In this document: positions 40,905 through 50,939 of the stretch, piece after piece
Layout: every line of letters begins with the position of its first letter
Numbering within the stretch: position 1 is the stretch's first letter
Origin: Mobula hypostoma
Taxonomy: Eukaryota
NCBI RefSeq assembly: GCF_963921235.1
Contig: NC_086108.1
Location: 39,496,001 to 39,560,000 of the forward strand
Direction: 5' to 3'
Length of the DNA: 64,000 bases
The notes under the pieces: model-generated
Told to the model about the DNA's origin: nothing
Database searches by the model: none
The model's input: the letters and a program-made list of their open reading frames with translations, nothing else
Program-made: the position numbers and the translations under genes

Positions 40905-41129
40905 CTTACATCTCCAGAGTTTTCTTTTATTGTCTGACAGTAGGTAGAAACCTGCTCAGATATTGAATCAGTCCAAAAAGTTGGTGGATCCTTATGATGT
41001 AAAATGCTGGCAACATCTCTAAAGCCAGTTAAGCTTCGGCCAGAGCGACGCAAGTCCTCTCCCCAGAGCAAATGCCTGACCTCTTCAAAACACAAACCTT
41101 CTACAGTGTGGCACATTCTCAAAATTGAA
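40905..41129 (-). CDS. Putative coding exon (SILRMCHTVEGLCFEEVRHLLWGEDLRRSGRSLTGFRDVASILHHKDPPTFWTDSISEQVSTYCQTIKENSGDV), phase 2/2
   Basis: Acceptor ttctgctgttttag|, strong donor AAG|GTGAGA, 225 nt open in non-repeat sequence. Confidence 0.6.
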
Positions 41130-43245
41130 CTAAAACAGCAGAATTTTTTTTTGCTTTTAAGTCACTGTAGTGAGATTTCTGGACACAAGAAGTGAGAATA
41201 ATACTGACTGAGCCACAGCTGACTCAATAATGGATGGCAATAATTAGAAATTGTACCAAAATGCTGTTGACTTCTTCATAGATTATTTAGTTAATCCAGT
41301 ATTTCAGGAGCTCTATTAAACTACTTCTTCTCTGGGGCATACTTATGAGAAATAGACAAAAAAAAAATCCACAAATGTCAAGATGAAGATTTGGACAGCA
41401 CTCATTGATATTCAACACGAGCCTCATGCCACTCCCCGCTTCGCAAAGCTGGAGGCATAGTGTGAAAGCAACAAGACTGACTCTTGTTCTCTCAAAGTAA
41501 TGGGGTGGATTTTGCAGCTATAATGTCAGTGAATCTGTCAGAGTCCTTCATTAGTGATAGCAACTTCCGCAATTTGCAGGTACTGTATGCAGATAAATGC
41601 AAAAATCCAGATATGCTCTGGAAATTCTCAACCTGTCCACAGGGTGTGCTGTCTTCTGTGGTATAATCTCCAGAAATCAGGGAACTGATGAGAACTTTTG
41701 GTATGAATCACATCCTTTGTCATATATCTTGAAAATGTTATACTATAATGCCTGATGTGTTGCTCAGGTTCTTATGATTAGCTATTTAACCATCTATAAA
41801 AACTAATCTTCTCTACGTAGAACATAATTTCCTCAGATAAATATTGTTAAATGTTCAACAAAAAATAAAAATTAGCATGATTACCGTAATCTTGTGTATA
41901 AGTCCTAATAGTTATTTCACATTCTTATTGCTATTTAAAATTTTAATTGAAAATAGTGCTTTTTACTTCTTGATTTGCTATTCTTCTGAAATGTTCAACG
42001 TAATTGGCTGCTCTGACAGTTTGATGTCATCACACCAGATAAGACACCGGGGTTTCCTGTAAACTGATAGGGAAGAGGCAAATCCATGTCACTGACATCA
42101 TGGGATCTTTGTGGACAGCTTTCATTTCACGGACTTTCTTGTGATCCTATCAATCTACAATACTCCACATGAGGAAAAGAGGGAATACTGTACATGTTCT
42201 GTCATAAAATGGATGGCAATGATTCACACGGTAACACTTAAAATACAATTGTGTTATACTTGTTGAAAACTTGTTCAAAGGGGCATAGAAATAAAATGCA
42301 ATACTATCATGATTAAGAGTATAATAAGTAAATGCAGGGGTAGACCATTTGGTTCTTTATGCCTCCTCTGTTGTTATGGATGATTTTATTTCCTGAGTGC
42401 CACTTATCTGCACTAAACATGTACAGGTGCCTGATTGGATAGCAGCTTTTCACCCTCCAGAAATCACTACCCCAAAAATTTGAGATATGGTATAAAACTT
42501 GCTCTCAGGGAATTTATATGGGGAACAAACATAAAGTAATAAGGGGTTGCCTGTATCTGTTCTCCACCCAGAGACCCACAACCACCTTGAGAAGAGAACT
42601 TCAAAGATGCTTCTCAACTTTATTCCAAACAGCCAAATTATTACGTTGAGACTGAGACTCCTGCTTCTGAACACACCAGCTGGGGAAATTTCCTGTCAGG
42701 CCCTTTCAGAATTCTGCATATTTGGGTTAAATCATCTCTCATTGTTTGAAACTGAAGAGGGTATGGGCTTAGTCTGCTTAATCTCCGAGTGGCCCAATCT
42801 GTGACTCACCAACCCAAGAATCAATCAGTGCAGTCCTTCAGTGGAGACTCATCCTTCCTTAATCAGGAAGGCTAGGCTTGTACACAGCGTTCCAGCTGGA
42901 ATGCAGACAGGGGCCTATTTAATCAGAGCAAGTCACCTTTACTCTTGTCTTCATATTTTCTTGAAACAAATGCTCTTATACAGTTTGCCTTCAAGACACT
43001 TGCTGTATCCATACCTGCAACTGTATCTGTAATTTTCATGTTTAAGGCCCTTCCGAGCATCAATATTAAAGATACTTTTCATTCAGTGCTGCCAAAATGA
43101 GATTTTCCACGTTATGTTTCAACAAAACATAATGTCATTGTGCACTCACTTAACGTCTTCTTCCTGTGAAGCCTCTCTGCAACCTCCTCATGCAGAAGGA
43201 CTTACTTTGGGAGAATGGGCAAGAAAGTGGCAGATGAAATCTAGT

Positions 43246-43517
43246 AACACACATCAAAGTTGCTGGTGAGCGCAGCAGGCCAGGCAGCATCTCTAGGAAG
43301 AGGTACAGTTGACGTTAACTGAAGGAAGAGCTAGTAAGAGATTTGAAAGTTTCAAATCTCTTACTAGCTCCTCCTTCAGTTAGTCCTGACGAAGGGTCTC
43401 GGCCCGAAACATCGACTGTACCTCTTCCTAAAGATGCTGCCTGGCCTGCTGCGTTCACCAGAAACTTTGATGTGTGTCGCTTGAATTTCCAGCATCTGCA
43501 GAATTCCTTGTGTTTAC
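43246..43517. mobile_element. Fold-back (tail-to-tail inverted) Penelope-like terminal-repeat insertion with 13-bp TSD
   Basis: TSD GATGAAATCTAGT at 43233-43245 and 43518-43530. Outer inverted arms, plus an inner 33-bp-arm palindrome centred on 43349. Confidence 0.9.
43382..43417 (+). ncRNA. Minimal type I hammerhead ribozyme motif (PLE-associated, short stem III), likely mutated
   Basis: AGTC-CTGACGA-A-GGGT(CTCG)GCCC-GAAA-C-ATC-GACT: stem I AGTC/GACT, conserved core boxes and stem II. The sister copy at 48852 has GAAACGTC. Confidence 0.65.
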
Positions 43518-44879
43518 GATGAAATCTAGTGTCAGGAAGGGTATGGTCATGCACTTCAGTAGAAGGAATAAAGGCATAGACTATTTTCTAAATGGGAGAA
43601 AATTTGAAAATCAGAGGTTCAAAGTAACTTGCGAGTACTCGTGGAGGATTACCTAAGTGTTAATTTGCTGGTTGAGTTGGTGGTGAGGAAGGTAAATGCA
43701 ATGTTAGCATTTATTTCAAGAGGACAAGAACATAATTGCAAGGATGTGATGCTGAGCCTTTATAAGTCATTGGTCAGACTGTGCTTGGAGTATTGTGAGC
43801 AGTTTTGGGCTCCTTATCTAAGAAAAGATGTGCTGACATTGGAGAGGGTCCAGAGGAGGATCACGAGAATTATTCTGGGTATGGAAGGGTTAACATGTGA
43901 GGACCATTTCATATCTCCGGACTTGTACTCACTAGAGTTTAGAAGAATGGCGGGGGGGGGGGGGTCTCATTTAAACCTATCACATATTGAAAAGTCTGGA
44001 TAGAGTGGATGTAGGGAGGATGTTTCCTATAATGGTGAACCTCAAACCAGAGGGCACAGCCTCAGACTAGAGGGATATCCATTTAGAACAGAGATAAGGA
44101 GGAATTTCTTGAGGCAGAGGGTAGTGAATCTATGGAATTCATTGCCACAGAAGGCTGTGGAGGCCAAGCTATTGAATATATTTAAAACAGAGTTTGATAG
44201 GTTCTTGATCATTGAGGGGCATAAGAAGTTACAGGGAGAAGGCAGGAGAATGGGGTTGAGAGGGATAATGGATCAGCCATGATGGAATGGTGGAGTTGAC
44301 TCGAGAAGCTGAATGCCCTAATTCTGCTCCTATGTCTTATAGTGTTATGGTCTTACACCCTGCTGCCACCTAGCTTTGTAACATCAGAAATCTTAATCCT
44401 AACGTAATTGGACCATCTCATCCAAATCATTGATCTATAGTGCGAAGATGTGGAGCTTTATTATTGATTCCTGCAGTGCCTCATTAATCACAGCTCCTTA
44501 TCCTGAAAGTGACCCATTTATTCCTACTCATTGTTTTTTATTTTCAAGGCAATCCCCAATGCATACCAATACATCACCCCTAACTCCAGGGCAAAATTTT
44601 ATTTAATAATCAATCTTCCACGTGGCACCTTAACAAAACCCTGAAAATCCAAGTAGACCACATCAACTAGTTCCCTCATAGCCATTTTTCTTGATACAAC
44701 CTGAAAAAAAAATCATTTTTTAATAGACTTAAAACTTTAATAAATCCATGTTGACTCAAGCCAATTCTATCAATGTCTTCAAAGTGCCTTTGATAACAAT
44801 TGCAAAAATTCCATCTGCCATTGATGTCAGGTTAGGAGGTCTACAGTTTCAACTCTCCCTCCTTACATGGACTGCAGCT

Positions 44880-45160
44880 GCTCCAACAACATGGATCGGC
44901 CATTAACTCTAATGCTGTCTGTGTAGAATTTGCATATACACCCTGTAAACATGTGTTTCTCCTGAATGCTCTAATTTCCTCCCAAAGATACGTAGGGGTT
45001 GAGATGTCAACTGGTGACCTTTAGTTGCCTCTCATGAATGATTAGTGATACAAGCTGGATTGGAAAGAGTTGATATCAGTGTGGGGAAGAAAAGTTACAG
45101 AAGAAATTGGTTGAAGAATGGGATTGCTCTCTGTGAATGGAGTAAGTGACCTAATTCTAT
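44880..45160 (+). mobile_element. Degraded V-SINE-like fragment
   Basis: ctgtctgtgtagaatttgcat...ctcctgaatgctctaatttcctccca resembles the V domain. Confidence 0.5.
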
Positions 45161-45439
45161 ATTATCAGTAAATACAGTATTGTAGCAAAAGCACGCCTTT
45201 TATCCACAATAACAATATGCTCCATTTTCTGTTTGAAAACTAGACAGTTCCTGCTGTGACTAGCTCAGACACAATAAAGTTTTGCTTCAGTACAATCTAA
45301 AAATGAATTTCAACGAATGTAAAACTCAAGCTGGTTTGCTAAAGTTACATTATAGCCACAAAGAAATCTGAAATCAGATTGTAATTTATTGTAATTCACA
45401 CTGTGGGTTACGCTAAACCATCGCCAAAGGAAAGGTTGG

Positions 45440-45620
45440 CAAGGTTACACAGCTGATAGAGCTGCTATTGCAGAATTCTAGTGACCTGGATTCGAACTTA
45501 CCTGTGTGGGGTTTGCATGTTCTCCTTGATTCCCTATGTGTGTGTTCCTGTTTCCTCTATTATCCCGAAGACTTGCTGATTTCTCAGTTAATTGCCCATT
45601 GCCAATTGCCCTTTGCTTAC
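45440..45620 (+). mobile_element. Degraded V-SINE-like element
   Basis: B-box-like ggattcgaac followed by tgtgtggggtttgcatgttctcc...tttcctc (V-domain hallmark). Confidence 0.6.
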
Positions 45621-45629
45621 AAGGCTATC

Positions 45630-48600
45630 AGGGGCATTCTGAGGGGCCTCTGCACTCAGCTGCCGAGTTGCCATTTACTCCTTGTCAGTTTCAACAAGCT
45701 CAACAACTTTCTGAATGAGAACAATATTCTAGAAAAGTTTCTGTTAGGTTTTAGAGCAAACTACTGCTTGGAGATTGCCCTTACCAAAATTGTCAATAAC
45801 CTTTGGCTCAGCACTGATGCTAACAGGGTCTCAGTTCTAACTCTACAAGATCTAAGCACTGGCTTTGATGCAATTGACCACAATGTTCTCCTAGATTGCT
45901 TTAAGAAATAGGATGGCTTCTCTGATAGTGCCTTTAATTGGTTTCACTCATATAAAGATAAAATATTTTGGCTGTCTTTGATAACAAATTTCTAAGAGAT
46001 ACGAGAGAGGTGTTGCTCTCAGAAGTTGTCTTGGTCCCCTGTTCTTCTCCTTATACATGCTCCTTTAGGAGACATCATTAGAGAGAATAAACTTGATTTC
46101 CACAGTTATGCAGATTACACACAATTGTGTATCTCAGTTGAGCCTAATGATGATAACATCCTATCTTCTCTGACTTCTGGTATGACTGCAATAAACAAAT
46201 GGATGAGCCATAATTCCCAAAACTGAATGAAGATAAGACTGAGACACGAGGAATTCTGCAGATGCTGGAAATTCAAGCAACACACACAAAAAATGCTGGT
46301 GGAACGCAGCAGGCCAGGCAGCATCTATAGGAAGAGGTACAGTCGATGGTTCCGGCCGAGACCCTTCGTCAGGACTAACTGAAAGAAGAGATAGTAAGAG
46401 ATTTGAAAATGGGAGGGGGAGGGGGAGATCCAAAATGATAGGAGAAGACAGGAGGGAGAGGGATGGAGCTAAGAGCTGGACAGGTGATTGGCAAAAGGGG
46501 TATCAGGCTGGAGAAGGGAGAGGATCATGGGATGGGAAGCCAGGGGAGAAAGAGAAGGGAGGAGGGGAGCCCAGAGGGTGGAGAGCAGGCAAGGAGTTAT
46601 AGTGAGAGGGACAGAGGGAGAAAAAAGAGAGAGAAAAAAAGGGGGAAGAATAAAAATAAACAAAATAAAATATATTAAATAAATAAATAAGGGATGGGGT
46701 AAGAAGGGGAGGAGGGGCATTAACGGAAGTTAGAGAAGTCAATATTCATTCCATCAGGTTGGAGGCTACCCAGACGGACTATAAGGTGTTGTTCCTCCAA
46801 CCTGAGTGTGGCTTCATCTTGACAGTGGAGGAGGTCGTGGATAGACATATCAGAATGGGAATGGAACATGGAATTAAAATGTGTGGTCACTGGGAGATCT
46901 TGCTTTCTCTGGCGGACAGAGCGTAGGTCTTCAGCGAAACGGTCTCCCAGCCTGCGTCGGGTCTCGCCAATATATAGAAGGCCGCACCAGGAGCACCGAA
47001 CGCGGTATATCACCCCAGCTGACCCACAGGTGAAGTGTTGCCTCACCTGGAAGGACTGTCTGGGGCCTGAAATGGTGGTGAGGGAGGAAGTGTAATGTAG
47101 CACTTGTTCCGCTTACAAGGATAAGTGCCAGGAGGGAGATTGGTGGGAAGGATGGGGGGGGGAACAAATGGACAAGGGAGTCACGTAGGGAGCGATCCCT
47201 GTGGAAAGCAGAAAGGGGGGGAGGGAAAGATGTGCTTAGTGGTGGGATCCCGTTGGAGGTGGCGGAAATTACAGAGAATTATATGTTGGACCCAGAGGCT
47301 GGTGGGGTGGTAGGTGAGGTCAAGGGGAACCCTATTCCTAGTGGGGTGGCGGGAGGATGGGGTGACAGCAGATGTGCATGAAATGGGAGAGATGCGTTTG
47401 AGAGCAGAGTTGATGATGGAGGAAGGGAAGCCTCTTTCTTTAAAAAACGAAGACACCTCCTTCGTCCTGGAATGAAAAGCCTCATCCTGAGAGCAGATGC
47501 GACGGAGACAGAGGAATTGCAAGAAGGTGATGGCATTTTTGCAAGAGACAGGGTGGGAAGTGGAATAGTCCAGGTAGCTGTGAGAGTCCGTAGGCTTATA
47601 GTAGGATATCAGTAGATAAGCTGTCTCCAGAGATAGAGACAGAGAGATCAGAAAAGGAGAGGGAGGTGTCGGGAATGGACCAGGTAAACTTGAGGGCAGG
47701 GTGAAAGTTGGAGGCAAAGTTAATGAAGTCAACGAGGTCAGCATGTGTGCAGGAAGCAGCGCCAATGCAGTCGTCAATGTAGCGAAGGAAAAGTGGGGGA
47801 CAGATACCAGTATAGGCTTGGAACATAATTTGTTCCACAAAGCCAACAAAAAGACAGGCATAGCTAGGACCCATAGGGGTGCCCATGGCTACACCTTTAG
47901 TTTGGAGGAAGTAGGAGGAGCCAAAGGAGAAATTGTTAAGAGTAAGGACTAATGCCACTAGACAGAGCAGAGTCGTGGTAGAGGGGAATTGATTAGGTCT
48001 AGAATCCAAAAAGAAGCAGAGAGCTTTGAGACCTTCCTGGTGGGGGATGGAGGTATATAGAGACTGGACATCCATGGTGAAAATAAAGCGGTGGGGGCCA
48101 GGGAACTTAAAATCATTGTAAAGATTCAAAGCGTGAGAAGTGTCACGAACATAGGCGGGAAGGGATTGAACAAGGAGGGATAAAACAGTGTCGAGGTATG
48201 CAGAAATGAGTTCGGTGGGGCAGGAGCAAGCTGAGATGATGGGTCTACCTGGACAGGCAGGTTTGTGGATCCTTGGGTAGGGTTTATCAAATATCAACTC
48301 AGGGGATCTCCCGTCCACTGCTACCAACCTTATAGTTCCCACACCTCGCACTTCCCGTTTCTACCTCCTACCCAAGATCCACAAACCTGCCTGCCCAGGT
48401 AGACCCATTGTCTCAGCTTGCTCATGCATCACAAAATCACTTTCGTTTATAATCCTGCTCCAGTTCTCAGGCCTTCTACTGCTTGTCTCTTAAATTTACA
48501 CAATCTCCCTTTAAAGATAATTGGCAAGTCTGCTTTTTTGGAGTACACTGCTAAACTGTGGAATACCTAAAACTGTAAGAGTTGCAGAAGACTCAGTTGA

Positions 48601-48761
48601 CACTTTTAAATGCCAGCTAAAACTGATTTATTTAAGCTTGCTTTTAACTAACATCTTTTTGTCTTTTATTTTCACATTTGCACTTTATTCCATTGTAAAG
48701 GTATTTTGAACTACATTCTTCATATGAAAAGTGCTCAATAAGTAAGATTATTATTATTATT
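45630..48761 (+). mobile_element. L2-clade LINE remnant (split by the Penelope insertion, internally deleted)
   Basis: GFRANYCLEIALTKIVNNL...LQDLSTGFDAIDH and HSYADYTQL RT motifs (45630-46240). 3' part at 48424-48761 ends in an (ATT)n tail. Confidence 0.8.
46244..48423 (-). mobile_element. Penelope-like retroelement (RT + GIY-YIG endonuclease, frameshifted), 5'-truncated with inverted 5' segment
   Basis: RT: FTMDVQSLYTSIP, QTKGVAMGTPMGP, LRYIDD. GIY-YIG: GVIYRVRCSWCGLLYIGETRRRL. Terminal repeat at 46244-46410. Confidence 0.93.
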
Positions 48762-48964
48762 CAACCAACACACATCAAAGTTGCTGGTGAACACAACAGG
48801 CCAGGCAGCATCTCTAGGAAGAGGTCTCGGCCTGACAAAGGGTCTCGGCCTGAAACGTCGACTGCACCTCTTCCTAGAGATGCTGCCTGGCCTGCTGCGT
48901 TCACCAGCAACTTTGATGTGTGTTGCTTGAATTTCCAGCATCTGCAGAATTCCTGTTGTTTGCG
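48762..48964. mobile_element. Second fold-back Penelope-like terminal-repeat insertion with 17-bp TSD
   Basis: Inverted arms caacacacatcaaagttgctgg...ggaagagg / cctcttcc...ccagcaactttgatgtgtgttg. TSD AGATTATTATTATTATT at 48745-48761 and 48965-48981. Confidence 0.88.
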
Positions 48965-49350
48965 AGATTATTATTATTATTATCTTATGCTGTACATCCA
49001 CTTATTTAATCACTGTTTGACATTCTGTAATTTAATACACCTAACAGTGTCCTTCAGAGATGGAATCTATCTTCTTTCCCTGCTTGGCTTAGGTAGTCAC
49101 TAATCCACAGCAATATGGTAAATTCATAGCCATTTTCAGAAACAGGAACATTAGATGTGTTGTCAAATAATGAAAGGGTTACATAAAGGCTTGAATAATT
49201 AAAATCACATGCTATCAGTTGTCAAAGCTCCACATGTATTTCCAATGCCAATTTATGATATATTCCCAAAACATACTTAAACATCATTCTGAGAATCATT
49301 AAGGCGCAGATTATGGAACACTTCAGGTTAGAAGTTGGTCCAATAAAGAC

Positions 49351-49521
49351 CTGTCCCACACTATGTCAGTACAAAACTCTCCACCACAAATTCTGCAGCT
49401 TTGCCTCAAAGGCTGCTTTGTTGGGGTTGTTAACTTTGGGTTGAGATTTCTTTCAATTTTAAGCATTCCAAATGAGTTTGATGCATCTATTTTGAAGAAC
49501 ATTCTCAGTTTGCAACCACAA
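49351..49521 (-). CDS. Possible coding exon (CGCKLRMFFKIDASNSFGMLKIERNLNPKLTTPTKQPLRQSCRICGGEFCTDIVWD), phase 2/2
   Basis: Strong acceptor cacttcttttcatag|, weak donor CAG|GTCTTT, open frame. Phase fits the downstream exon but not the upstream one. Confidence 0.35.
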
Positions 49522-49802
49522 CTATGAAAAGAAGTGAATATGTTGCTCACTTCATTGATGTATGCAAAATCTAAATTGTTTGCAGAATGGCTGCCAAAGT
49601 CATTGAGAAATCAGCAACTCATAGAGTACAGAGAGATCCAGCAAAGCAACAGGTCGTTCGAGTACTGAGTCTGTGCCAACTATCTACTACCCACTTACAC
49701 TTATCTATGTTAATCCCAGATTCTCATAAACTCCTGCAAGATACTACCCCTCAACTATAGACGTGGTGCAAGTTACAGTGACCAATTAACCTATTTATCG
49801 CT

Positions 49803-50750
49803 TAAGACCATAAGATATAGGAGCAGAATTAGGCCATTTGGCCCATTGAGTGTGCTTCCGCATTCAATCATGGCTGATCAGTTTTCCCCCTCCTCAGCCC
49901 CACTCCCTGGCCTTCTCCCCATAACCTCTGATGCCATGGCCAATCAACAACCTATCAAGCTCTGCCTTAAATACACCTAATGACCTGGCCTCCACAGCTG
50001 CCCGTGGTAAAAAAATTCCACAAATTCACTACCCTCTAGCTAAAGAAATTTCTCTGCATTGCTGTTTTAAATGTACACCGCTCTATGCTGAAGGTGTGCC
50101 ATCTTGTCCTAGACTCCTCCACCATGGGAAACCTCCTTTCCACATCCAGTCTGTCTAGACCTTTCAACGTTCAAAAGGTTTCAATCAGAACCCCCTCAAC
50201 CTTCTAAATTCCGCCCACAGCCATCAAATGTTCCTCATATGATAACACTTTCATTCCTGGAATCATCCTTGTGAACCTCCTCCGAACCCTCTCCAACGTC
50301 AGCACAATTTTTCTTGGACGATGACACCAAAACTGTTCACAATACTCAAAGTGAGGCCTCACCATTGCCTTATAAAGTCTCAGCATCACATCCCTGCTCG
50401 TGTATTCTCGACCTCTTGAAATGAATGCTAACATGATATTTGCCTTCCTCACCACCAACTCAACCTGCAAGTTAACTTTTAGGGTGTTCTGCACAAGGTC
50501 TCCTAAGTCCCTTTGCTTCCCAGATTTTTGGATTTTCTCCCCGTTTAGAAAATAGTCTGTATATTTATTTCATCTACCAAGGTGCATGACCATGCATTTT
50601 CCAACATTGTAGTTCATTTGCCACTCTCTTGCCCATTCTCTTTATCTGTCTAAGTCATTCTGCACCCTACCCTTTACCTCAACACTACCAGCCCCTCCAC
50701 CAATCTTTGTTTCATCTGTAAACATGGCAACAAACCCAGCTATTCCATCA
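49803..50750 (-). mobile_element. 5'-truncated CR1 LINE, inserted into a degraded minus-strand SINE (49620-50860)
   Basis: Tail taagaccataagatataggagcag; LYKAMVRPHFEYCEQFW...LERVRRRFTRMIPG. Confidence 0.9.
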
Positions 50751-50939
50751 CTTCTTTGGGATAGGAGAGGAGACCCATACAGTCACTGGGAGAACAGAGC
50801 AACACATGAGGTCAGGATTTAACCTGGGTCTCTGTGGTTCTACAAGCTGCTCCACTGTGCAATCCATTCCAGAGTCACTTACTGCACATAACATTTCATT
50901 TACTCCTTTTTGATGTCTCAGTGTTCAAAACTAAAAATA

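Larger units (their letters stand above)
43191..44355 (+). mobile_element. 5'-truncated CR1 LINE (ORF2 C-terminus and 3' tail)
   Basis: LYKSLVRLCLEYCEQFWAPYLRKDVLTLERVQRR motif; 3' end atcagccatgat...ctaattctgctcctatgtcttat...ggtctta. Confidence 0.9.
42330..44860 (-). mobile_element. Old, highly degraded CR1 LINE (interrupted by the + strand CR1 at 43191-44355)
   Basis: Residual similarity to the minus-strand CR1 copies in this window. Sequence ...cctcctca| at 43190 resumes as |caccctgctgccacctagctttgt at 44356. Confidence 0.55.

Noticed and set aside
47596..48351. N-terminus of the 251-aa RT ORF
   Set aside because: The first ~25 aa are antisense read-through of the inverted segment, not real protein.
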